NCBI GenBank assembly: GCA_047967505.1
Contig: CM106538.1
Length of the DNA: 64,000 nt
Direction: 5' to 3' (one strand)
Source: Dipteris shenzhenensis
Taxonomy: Eukaryota
Part shown: positions 1-10,760 of the stretch, piece by piece
Layout of the letters: each line of letters starts with the position of its first letter
Position numbering within the stretch: position 1 is the first letter of the stretch
Program-made: the position numbers and the translations under genes
The notes under the pieces: model-generated
Told to the model about the DNA's origin: nothing
Databases searched by the model: none
The model's input: the letters and a program-made list of their open reading frames with translations, nothing else

Positions 1-2215
1 ATGCTCCATCTCTAGATTATGTCATGTTGACAGATTGTGGTGAGCCTTCATGCTTTGAGGATGCTATGTCTAGGAATGACAAGCATAAGTGGGAGAAGGC
101 TATGCAGTCAGAGATGGATTCTTTGATGAAGAATGCTACTTGGGATTTGGTTTATTTGCCCAAAGGAAAGCATGCATTGCCATGCAAATGGGTTTACAAG
201 CTAAAGATGTCTCCAGCAGATGCATTGCCTAAGTATAAGGCAAGGTTGGTAGGCAAGGGTTTTAAGCAAGAGAAGGGTATTGACTTTGATGAGATCTTTT
301 CCCCAGTGGTGAAGATGACTACCCTTCGTATAGTGCTTGCATTGGTCGCCAGAGAGGACATGGAGCTTGTCCAAATGGATGTAAAAATAGCTTTTCTACA
401 TGGAGATCTTCATGAGAACATCTATATGTAGTAGCCAAAGGGGTTTGTTGTGCAGGGCAAAGAACGGATGGTATGCAAGCTTCAGAAAAGTCTTTATGGG
501 CTGAAGCAGGATCCTAGGGAGTGGTACCATAAGTTTGATGCATTTATGCGATCCCAAGGGTACACACGGAGTGAGACAGATCATTGCCTCTACACGAAGA
601 AGGCATCAGATGGCAGCCTTCTTATTTTGATTTTATATGTTGATGACATGCTTATTGCTAGGAAATCTACTTTGGATGTGGATGCCTTGTCTTTGGGAGG
701 AAGGACACATTTGTTGTTGGATATGCAGATGCTGATTTTGCTGGGAATGTAGACAGCTCGACAAGCGCAGATCCAGGATATCTTTGTAGCCCACCAAAGA
801 GCCACCATGATGCTAGGTTTTGGCTTTTGAGTTTCAGTTTTCAGTTTCCAGTTTTGTGTGGTTTTGGAAGCTCCCCTCAATCCTAGACTACGTGTGCTTG
901 CATATTCAGCCTTCAACTCTAAGTGAACCTGGTACTTGTTGGAGACGTCCTCAAATGGTGCCATGACTAAAGGAGTGTAGAGAAGCAGAAGGTGTGGAGA
1001 TGCGGGCTTGAAGGAGCCGCATGCAGGAAGAGGGAGGGCGATGGAGTCATTGCTAGGGTCCACGGCCTACAATGGCTTACCTACGGTTTTAGCATGGGTG
1101 AGGCCACTCTGATGAAATCTGTTGGGAGGCCGTCTTTACGACTGGCACTAGTTGCCCATACTTAAGACCCTACTATATGTTTTATTTTAAATGTGTTCAT
1201 ACATTGACATGAAGGATTTGGGTGATGCCAGTCACATACTTAACATGAGGATTGTTCGGGATAGGAACAAGAAACTCCTTCATTTGTCACAGAAAGAGTA
1301 CATTAGCAAGGTACTTGAGCATTTCAATATGGAGAGGGGAAAGTCCATAAGTACTCTGTTGCCTTCATATGTGAAACTCAGCCAAGCGGATAGCCCTAAG
1401 TCAGATGAGGAGCGGGCTGAAATGGCAAAGATACCTTATGCATCCGCAGTAGGAAGCTTGATGTATGCCATGGTTGCTACACGTTCAGATATTGCTTTGT
1501 AGTGGGAGCTGTTAGCAGGTAAATGGCAAATCCTGGCAAGAAGCATTGGGAGGCAGTGAAAGGTATCATGAGATACTTGAATGGTACAAAGAACACACCA
1601 GGAGGTCTATTACAGGATATGTTTTCTCATTCACTGGAGGTGCAGTTTCATGGGTCTCTCGTTTGCAGCCATGTGCAGCTTTGTCTACCACTGAGGCAGA
1701 GTATGTTGCAGCCACTGAGGCATGTAAGGAAGCTATATGGCTTACTCGTCTAGTGGGAGACTTGAGCATTGCAGGAGAGGTTCCAGTTTTGCACTGTGAT
1801 AGTTAGAGTGCCATCCAGTTGGCACGGAATCGTATCTTCCATGCGAAGACAAAGCATGTTGATGTGAAGTATCACTTCATCAAAGAGGTGATTGAGGACA
1901 AGCGCATCCAGCTTGTCAAGGTTCACATAGATGAGAACCCTGCAGATCTTCTTACAAAGAGTCTTTCCTCAGAGCAGTTTGCGCATTGCAGAGTATTAAT
2001 GGGTGTCAAATGACATTAGGATGTCCATCTTCTCCCTTAAAGGCGCATTGGCCGTTAAGTGGGAGGGTGTTGGGATAAAGGCCAATAGCCTAGTATATAC
2101 CCCTTTGTACCATACATACATAATAAGAGCTTACCTTGATCTGGGTGAGTTAGCACCCACAATTTCGGTGTTCTCCCTTTCTGTGTTGCTCTCCGATAAG
2201 ACCTCCTCTCCATCA
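1..2215 (+). mobile_element. Ty1/Copia LTR retrotransposon, 3' part (RT, RNase H, PPT, short 3' LTR), degenerate and rearranged
   Basis: KYKARLV, VDDML, YASAVGSLMY, STTEAEY and NPADLLTK motifs; PPT AAGTGGGAGGG then LTR TGTTGGGATAAAGG (2068) to CCATCA (~2215); stops and frameshifts. Confidence 0.92.
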
Positions 2216-2439
2216 ACAGCAGCTATTATCCTAAGAATTTGATGTGATTGAGTATACAGGTTTCAAATTTGTCTGCAAGAAATTGTGGTTTCTTTTTAAT
2301 AATAGCTGGGTATACCTCATTCCATCCCAACTGCATGAACATAATTAAAGTCTTTGATATCTACAAAGCAAAAAGTTTAAATTAGATCTAGACTTTGTTA
2401 TTAGTTTAAATTTCAAATCACTTAAAACATTACCTAATA

Positions 2440-3854
2440 TCATGAGCTTTGATCTATCTCAATAATTGTACTCGCAAGATCTTTGCACTTTATTGTACTT
2501 TCTCTTCTTTGTAGAATCTGCAAATAAATACAATGTCAAAATTGTAACTGAAATAATTAAGCAGAAAATAATCTTAAAAATCTACTTCACCTTCTTGTTG
2601 TTGAGAACAAATGAAAATCCTTCGGAGACAGTGCCCTACGACTTTGTCAAAATGTCATTACATAATTGAGAGAGGGTGCAACATTGCCTGAGTGAGATGA
2701 TGCTCAGCACACTTCCATTCTCAATGACTGTAATTTCAATTAAACCATTTTCTGGACCAAAAGAGTTCTCATTTTGATCCAATGGCACAAGTTCTAAACC
2801 AATCATCCTACTTCATTTGTAGTAGAAAGAAAGTATGCAGTTTTGAGATGAAATCATATATTTCACTTGGAGTGAGTTATGGAGGACCTCACAATACACA
2901 TTGTTGGTAGTTGTCCTGTCCCAATCAGCATCTAGAAAGTTTGGAATGCCATCGTCTCCTTTTGCTTTAAAAGTCAACATGGTCTTGCAAACCTTCATTG
3001 GAAAATCATGAAAAAGATATACAAATACTGTAAGTGGCATGCAAATGTTTATTTTGCCGATTCTCATGGCAATGTTTGGTCTCAAAGACTTCTGCACTTC
3101 TGTGAATAGCTTAGCTCTATATGCTTTTGTTATCATGCCATCTGGAACATGCCAATCAACTGTATTTCGTGTTGGAATATCTTGTTCTTGCAATACACCA
3201 TAAGTATTATCCTTGTTTAGTAATTGGTAAAAGTGGTCATAAAAATATATACCCGATTGAGCCAACTGCACTGCAGGTCTGCCTTGATATTGTAGCTCTC
3301 CGATGGCTCCGTGTAGAACATCAAAGAGTCCCAATATGCACTCCGTTGGCTGCCACTCCTCATACGATGAAGGATATATGTCTAAAACAAGCCAAGAGGC
3401 GATATGAAGATATAATGAACCAACCAAAAATTTGGTTCAAATATGAACTCACTCAAATTGAAAACTTACAATTGGGTCTATGTTGTGGAAGATATGTTGG
3501 ATAATCTTGCAAAACAAGTTCTCGACACATATAGACATGTTGCATCAGGATTTCATTTACAAACCTCCTCCCTTATTTGATTCTGAAATCTTTTCCTCTG
3601 CCCTTCCAAGAAGCCTAGAAGACATTAGCTGATTGTGGTTTCTTCCTCTTGTTGGGTTGCATTAGTACCCATGCTCCTTTTGCCAAGGCTAGTCTTTTCC
3701 ACCTACCATCCATAGTAACAGTACTAGAAAGTTCTATGCACGAGATAGAAGAGGAAGGTCGACAAGATAAACAATTACTCTTCACATCACCATCTTCGTC
3801 TGCATTCGCCACATATCATTTTTTACAGATACATCCATAGTTTGTCGTAGCCAT
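2440..3854 (-). pseudogene. Three-exon decayed gene of unknown family (~417 codons; BAH-like and ubiquitin-like segments)
   Basis: Exons 3854-3470, 3381-2591 and 2517-2440 join in frame across GT-AG introns of 88 and 73 bp; five in-frame stops and no frameshift. Confidence 0.7.
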
Positions 3855-4969
3855 CAAAACCTTTCAAAGATTCCAACTATGAAATCAAAGAGACGAACAA
3901 GATTAAAAGTTAGTACATGTACTATTATTGTTGTTGCTGAAATAGAGCTCTATAATGGTGTAAATGAAAGAGTAAAATCAACTTAGAATGAGCGTACAAA
4001 GGGTGATAAGAGCTTATTGTTATGAAATCGACAGACTAGCAATAACACGGTGCAGGATCCTCAAAGAGAGCTTTCAAAAAAGGCTTGTTGAATAGAGCAA
4101 GAGAGGAAATTGGTGGTTCAGAGAAAGTTTGAAGTGGGAAAGCTTCTTTAGGAGGGAATACGATTCAAAATGCATGTTTTGTCTCAAACATAATTCATAG
4201 TTGCAGTGAGACAGAGAGAAGATCTCGTAAAAATCAAAATCAGAGCTCCTCATTAATGTGGCACGCTTCTAGTAACATAAAATACTATTTCTTTTTCTTA
4301 TTTTCACCTTATTTTGTTGAAATTTCAACGTTACATTGGCCCTTTGCTCATTGGCCTAGAAACTCTTTTCCTAAATCGTAAAAGGCCCCAAAACGAGCTC
4401 CCTTTTTTCCTAATGGTGGCGCCAAAGATGTGTGGGATCGATGGCATGAGGATCTCGAAAGAATGCCAATGGTGCCTCCACTCCAAGCTACTCCTTGTGA
4501 GAGCAATGCAAAGCACGAGCCGTCTGCAAGTGTCACTCAAGTGGCTCCCAGATTGTTGCAATGTGTTTCCACGAAAGAAAGAGGGAAAGGGGAGATGGGA
4601 GAAGAGACGGAGAAGAGAAGAATGAATGGGGATGGAGTGGCAAACACAAAGGCAAAAGAAAACAAGAGAACACCCAAAAACACTCTTGGAAGAGAAGAGG
4701 GAGCTTGTATTCCAAACTTGTGGATCCAACAATGAAGACCAAGGTCAACCACTTGGCCTTTTATACATGTCACCTTTTGAAGGGAGGGCCAACCCTATTC
4801 CCTTTATACCACTCTCTTTCCTCATTCTTTTACAACCATCTTGGGCATATTTGGCTCCAAGGCACAATCCTAGCTCTATGGACTTGCTATTATCCATCAA
4901 ATGACATCACTAACCAGTGGTGGCATATTGTTAACCAATCGGTTAACATAGAGTTAATAAAAGGAGGAC

Positions 4970-5540
4970 TATGAGGAAGAAAGACAACTACCTAAAGTTC
5001 TTAGAAATGGTTGAATTCAACTAAGTAGTCCACCTTGGCCTTCACCAATTATAATGGTAAGAAAATGGATGATACTATATGCTTATGCCATAAATTACAA
5101 ATTTTTATATAAAATCACACTAAAAAAAATATATCATATGTCTTGCATTGATGAGCTCTTTGATCAAATGCAAGAGGCTAAATATTTTAAGAAATTTGAA
5201 AATTTGATTTAAGATATGGATACCACCAAGAAGGAAATTCAAGAAGAAGATGTACCCAAAACATCTTGTATGGGCATTGTCAATTTAGAGTAGCATCATT
5301 TGGTTTAAATCATGCTCTAGAAATGTTTAAAACACTTATGAATAGTATCTTAAGGCCATATTTAGGGAAATTTGCTATAGTCTTTCTAGATGATATCCTT
5401 ATATGCAATAAAACAAGAAAGAAGCATACGTAACATTTTCCAAAGGTATTCCAATTGCAAAGAGATAACTCTCTTTTTTGCTAAGCAATCCAATTGTGAA
5501 TTCTTTGCAAAAGAGATATCATAATTGGGAATATCATATT
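4970..5540 (+). mobile_element. Highly degraded Ty3/Gypsy RT fragment
   Basis: Remnants of SPW-SP-IMVRK, DLRYGYHQ, FGL-HA and IVFLDDIL, broken by many stops and frameshifts. Confidence 0.7.
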
Positions 5541-5559
5541 GAATTGTGAAAGGGCTGTT

Positions 5560-6830
5560 TTAATGCATCGTTCTACTTTTAGACCTTCCCATCGTATCAT
5601 CATAGATCTAGGCATACTTGAGATCTTCTTCAAAGGTTTTGGAAAATTTTATCCTCACCTTTACCCTTGTAATTATCTTTTAGATGTGTCACAAGAACCC
5701 TTACTCTTTGAAACTCATCAATGCCTTTAAGTTTGAGGACCCATTGAGGATTGCTTCTCTATAATAAGCTATATATTGGACTAAGGATATCCCAAGCATC
5801 CCATGCACTCTCACGCTCATTTTCAAAGAAAATTTCCTTTAGGAAAACGTGTTCAAACTCATGCTAATACCTTGGGATTGTCAACCTCTCTAAGTCTTGT
5901 ACCACCTTTTATATGCTTTATTACCTAGGGAAAGACTGGCTTCCACGATTCGTTTTCAAGAGAAGCATATCTAAGTTTATGGAAACCTTACCATTTTTGT
6001 AAGAACGTATTAATACTGTCTCTATTTCTCTCTTTTTCTTCCCCATTATAAATTGTTGGCTTTAGAGTTTTCAATATATTTGAGGTCTCCCCAAGTCAAG
6101 AGGCAAGCACTTCAAATTCGTGTGGAGAGTTGGCAATATATCTCTAGGAATTCAACTTTGGAGTTGATTCGATTCCTTTTAATATGTGATATAATGACAT
6201 AGCTTTCTATTTTTAATTGTTTAAAAACAAAGCTCTAAGATGTCTTTGTGCATAAGGAGATAGATCTCACACCCTCAATGCCCATATGTTCTTGTGCATA
6301 CATCTATTTTGATCTCTTTAAGGAATTCTCTTGGCATGTACTAGTGTGTTCCTTACAAGCTAGTGAATTGTTTGAATTGCTTCAACTTTGCTTTGCTATC
6401 CCTGCTTTGGTAGTTCATTTTGGTGGTTAAATTGTTTTCCCTCGATGATGCATTATTTGGATGCAAATTTCTCCTCATAACAAAAAATGGTCAGTTTTAG
6501 AAGTTGCAATGTTAGATCAATAAGAATTTACGGGACATAGTGTTAAAAATGAATGAAAGCATCATCATGCGGAGAGGACCTTCTTGGGATGATGCTTGCC
6601 TCTAACGAGTTTGAAGTAGGGCTATTGTCCAAGGCGATTTCCTTCATGACTAAGCAGATAATGGATGAGTGTCAGACATTCTTCTTCGCCAGGCCAGGGC
6701 ATCATTACAAACCTTCTCAACTAGACAATGATATTGCTAGCTATAAAGCAACACATATGCTGCACTTATCCGTTAACATAGAGAGACAAAGGCAGATCCC
6801 AAGATTCACTAGAAAGCTTGATACCAATGT
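5560..6830 (-). mobile_element. Degraded Ty3/Gypsy gag and leader remnant with PBS
   Basis: Minus-strand PBS-like TGGTATCAAGC at 6826-6816 next to an LTR-like end (plus TGTGAG at 6828); gag-like remnant ASLSLGNKAYKRW...EFEHVFLKE...AWDAWD at ~5780-5940. Confidence 0.55.
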
Positions 6831-7854
6831 GAGATCTCGACAACTTAGAGACCGCTTCAAATTAACCACCTAGCCATGAGTTCCACATCCGATCCCTTGC
6901 CTTTCCTTCTTGGTTTTCTTGTTCATCCTTACATGACCATCCTCCTTTGGAACTATGCGAAGCTGTCTTTCAAACTGAGTGTTTGACAGTGAGACCCTAT
7001 ATTACTTCATTTAATTAGAGGGCCTTTAGTTGTGCACCATAACTAATGCCTAAGCCTAGCTATAATTTTAGGCCCAAGCCCAAACTCACTTTAATCAAGA
7101 AGTATGGTGATTTTACCTAAAGTTTGAGAAAATAGCTTGAAATTTTGATGAAAGCTCGACCTTAAGACTTTAGGTAAACTCAAAGTCATATCTGAGTTCT
7201 AATCCATAATAATTCCAAGTTTTTTAAACACATAAGCTATTATGGTCAATAATCAAAACCCAAAATTACCTTCTCAATGCATTAGCTAAGCTAACATGAC
7301 ATAAAAGTATCCTAAGAGATTTTCCTATCCTTCTACCAAATTGGCGTTCAGAGTGGAAGAGGGTATTTATCCCTCCCCCTAACTCTCAAGGAATACATTG
7401 GTGTGAGCTCCATCCCTTGTGTCTGATGGCCACCATCTTTGGTGCATCCCATTGAAACTCATGAGGTGAGGGTGATGGTTGGATCACTGTTACTTGCTTT
7501 CGATGGTGAGCCATGACCCAGAAGTTCATTTTGAAATCCATCAAAGGTCATTATTTTGCTTTCCTATGAGAAAAATAATATTGGAGACTCCACTATTTTT
7601 CATCTTTAACTTTAACTAATTTGAGCCTTTTGCTATTTTCTTTCCTTTGAGAGAAACAAATTTGGAGCTTGCGTTATTTTCCACTTATTTCCAACTTTTT
7701 CAACCTTATAAAACCTCCATGTATCTAGATGAAGGGCCCTCACACATTTTCTTCAAGAACAAACTCTCAAGGGAAAGATAATGACTGCCACTTGCCATTT
7801 TCCTTGAGTGGCAAGCTAGGGGGGGCGAGGGGGCTCAAGGATCCATCTTGAGTG

Positions 7855-8125
7855 TTATGCTGCTTGATATAGGGCCATACATGTTTAAGGGTGGGTAAAC
7901 ACTCCCCTCATGCCTGCCCATCTGCTTGAGGGATGGGCGGGTGTGCTTTATACATCGAGGGGACAGGGCAAGGAAAAATCCACAAATGGTTTATGTTGCT
8001 TGATATAGGGCCATACATGTTTAAGGGTGGGTAAACACTCCCCTCATGCCTGCCCATCTACTTGAGGGATGGGCGGGTGTGCTTTATACATCAAGGGGAC
8101 AGGGCAGGGAAAAATCCACAAATGG
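7855..8125. repeat. 136-bp tandem duplication (2 copies)
   Basis: 7855-7990 is repeated from 7991 with a few substitutions; each unit holds the inverted pair CCTGCCCATC/GATGGGCGGG. Confidence 0.92.
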
Positions 8126-9102
8126 GTCTTACCTTTGTTAGCAAGTTAAACGTAGCTTATTGGTTGAACTCTCGTCTTTTGCCATGCTAGGAATGAACGA
8201 GGGAGTTTGGTTGCCCTAGGTTATGTCCAACGATATTTTGCACATCCCATGATATTCATGGCATCCACGTCCTTCCACGCCTCTAGTGCCTTGTAAACAT
8301 GGTAAGAGGCCATTCTCATTCACAGCTAGGGAATGTCACAAAATGCTTGCGCTTGGGACATTGCCACTAGCCCCCTTGCTACTGCAATGCCACATTGTAG
8401 TACCCGTTGGAGATGTGAAATAGTAGTCTGAAGCCAAGCATTACGGTGCTACTTGCTTGCAAACCTATGAGAGACCTTGCAAACCAGTCCACCTACACGT
8501 TTTCGGGTCCCATCATCTTGTTCTGGCCTCCTTTTTTGGGCAGGGAAGTAGTGAGTGGGAAACATTCCTGAGCTCCATGCCAGTCCACGCGACAAGAACG
8601 TCTGGGTTTAGACCACCCGACCACCCATTGAGGAGGAAATATAATTGGAGGATGGTAGCAGTGTGTGGTGGGTCACACTACCCGGCGATCATCAGGCTGC
8701 TAATTTACGTCACCTAACTTGTGATTGGTGTAGAGGTTGGGGGAGATGGAATGAGCCAAGCATATAGCAGATGGAGGAGGTGGCCATGGAGTGGGGTGGC
8801 CTATCAAGGGTCGGACACAAATCTTTTGTGTCAGTGTCCGGGCCGATCCCTCCTCTTAGCCCAAGTAGGACAACACCAGCACCATGAGAATGGCGAGCTT
8901 GGTGGTGTGCACTAGAGACCACCTCTCTAGTAGGAATGAGGAGGAATGGAAAAAGCCTAGTGTGAATTCGACATGCATCGTAAAGGCGATGCATGCAAGC
9001 TTACGCTACCAGTAGTATATTAGTACTAGTACTAGTTAGTGTGCACGCCTTCAACATTGCAAGACTTTGGGCTACTGTTGCCTTCACTCCTTCCACAGCA
9101 TC

Positions 9103-9193
9103 ATGGTTGAGAAACAAGGACGCGATGCTCATGCTGTGGCAAACGAGCTGGTGGCATTCCTCAATGCTTCCCCCACTCCTTACCATGCTGTTC
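9103..9193 (+). CDS. DNPEP: Aspartyl aminopeptidase (peptidase M18), coding exon 1
   Basis: ATG at 9103 translates MVEKQGRDAHAVANELVAFLNASPTPYHAV, the M18 N-terminal F-L-N-A-S-P-T-x-Y/F-H-A-V motif; GTAAG donor at 9194 (phase 1). Confidence 0.9.
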
Positions 9194-9283
9194 GTAAGAT
9201 CCCACCCGTTCACTTCCTCTTTTCCTCTTAATTGCTCCAGTTTTCTGGTTCCTGAATTTGGGTCTTTTCTCTCTGTCCCCTAG

Positions 9284-9419
9284 ATGAGGCTAAGGCCAGG
9301 CTCAAGGCAGCAGGCTACGTGCAGTTATCAGAAAGGGCAGATTGGCATCTCAACGCAGGCGGCAAATATTTTTTCACCCGCAATCACTCCACGATCGTTG
9401 CCTTTGCTGTTGGTGGAAG
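9284..9419 (+). CDS. DNPEP: Aspartyl aminopeptidase, coding exon 2
   Basis: Pyrimidine tract plus TAG acceptor; (H)EAKARLKAAGYVQLSERADWHLNAGGKYFFTRNHSTIVAFAVGG; GTATG donor at 9420. Confidence 0.93.
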
Positions 9420-9511
9420 GTATGTAGATTGTCCTTCCTAAAGAATCTTCAGTGGACTTATGGTCATGTGAAATTCTGGATGAGGTCATGATTCATCTTT
9501 GCATTTGGCAG

Positions 9512-9590
9512 GTATGTTCCTGGGAACGGCTTCATGATCGTTGGAGCTCATACGGACAGCCCGTGCCTAAAGTTGAAACCAGTCTCAAAA
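9512..9590 (+). CDS. DNPEP: Aspartyl aminopeptidase, coding exon 3
   Basis: CAG acceptor; (R)[26 protein letters not shown] with the zinc-ligand motif GAHTDSP; GT donor at 9591. Confidence 0.95.
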
Positions 9591-10760
9591 GTACAGTTGA
9601 ACACGTTTTCTCCCTGTTCACTTATATATACTAATATTATACCAGGTTACCCCCTTTTAATTGTATGTTTGTCGTGTGTTTCGATTCAGCCTTAGACGTC
9701 TTTGGCAAGGATTTCACAAATAATAAGGCACGTCACGGTGGTTCTCAACCATAACATGGGCGGGGGATTGAACCAGGCACCTGACAATTTGATAACGGAC
9801 GATCATATCGTGCACATCTGGCCTTAATATGCCAGTTCAGCATGCCACAGAAGACATGAAATATAACCCAATTTCGCAACGAACCCACTAATGAACATTT
9901 CCCAGTTTGCCAAGTAAACTAAGATCCTATAACTAAAAATGAATGGTCCTTTGGTTTCACATGGATAGAAGTTCTCATTGATTGACAAATGGGCGTGCTA
10001 GGCCACGAGTGAAATTTGTAACGATACTGGCCCCTATTGTATAGCCCATAATCGATCAGAACTGTAAAGAAAGTACTCATGGGCAAAAGACTGTTTCGGG
10101 GAAATTTCTCAAAAGGGTCTTTAGCCATCCTGTCTTTAAATGAATAGGGGGATGAGAAAGTGAAGAAGATAGGGGCATGTTGAAGGGCTGTTGGGGCTTT
10201 AATAATTATGGGATTATTGAACGTTCACAAACTATATGTGGCAATTCCAAAACTAAAATTTATTCGCACAACAAGCGAAAATGTTAAATTGTCTGACCTT
10301 TAAGGTCTGAGACATATGTTGCTAATTCTGCGCCCTATGTGAGGGTGCCTGCTTCATTAGGGAGGCTTGCTGATTTCATTAGGTGCACCCAAAAATTGAT
10401 TTGCAGTGCTCATTTAAACTTTGTATTACTCTTGCGGGGACCACAAACTGCTGAAGTGTTGTCGTGAGGAAACTGTTGATCAGTGTTAGGTAAGACCAAA
10501 TATCTTACAAGTCAATTCTCTTCCATCATGGAAAACCATAGTTGAATCATGTTATTGATTGTTGTCATGCTACAAGCTGAGGCAAAGAAAAGAAGCCCAA
10601 CTCTAGATAGACCAGATGATGTTGTTTATTCGTGTGCGTCTATTTGCTGTGATGTGTGAATGTCTTCTATATCCTTTGTATGGAAGCAAGGCTTCCTCCT
10701 CAATGGTTTTATATAATATGGGATTTGATTCGCTAGTGTGCAATCTAAAATCAAGCTTAG

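Noticed and set aside
590-1063. 157-aa minus-strand ORF
   Set aside because: It crosses the junction between antisense Copia and filler DNA and has no recognisable motif.
4314-4974. Cluster of overlapping 60-137 aa ORFs on both strands
   Set aside because: Purine/pyrimidine-biased low-information sequence with no motif or splice structure found.
8130-8990. GC-rich stretch with short ORFs before the host gene
   Set aside because: It looks like decayed retroelement sequence, but no domain could be identified, so it is left uncalled.
9750-9840. B-box-like GGTTCAATCCC on the minus strand, suggesting a tRNA or SINE
   Set aside because: No cloverleaf, only a weak A-box, and no tail or TSD seen.
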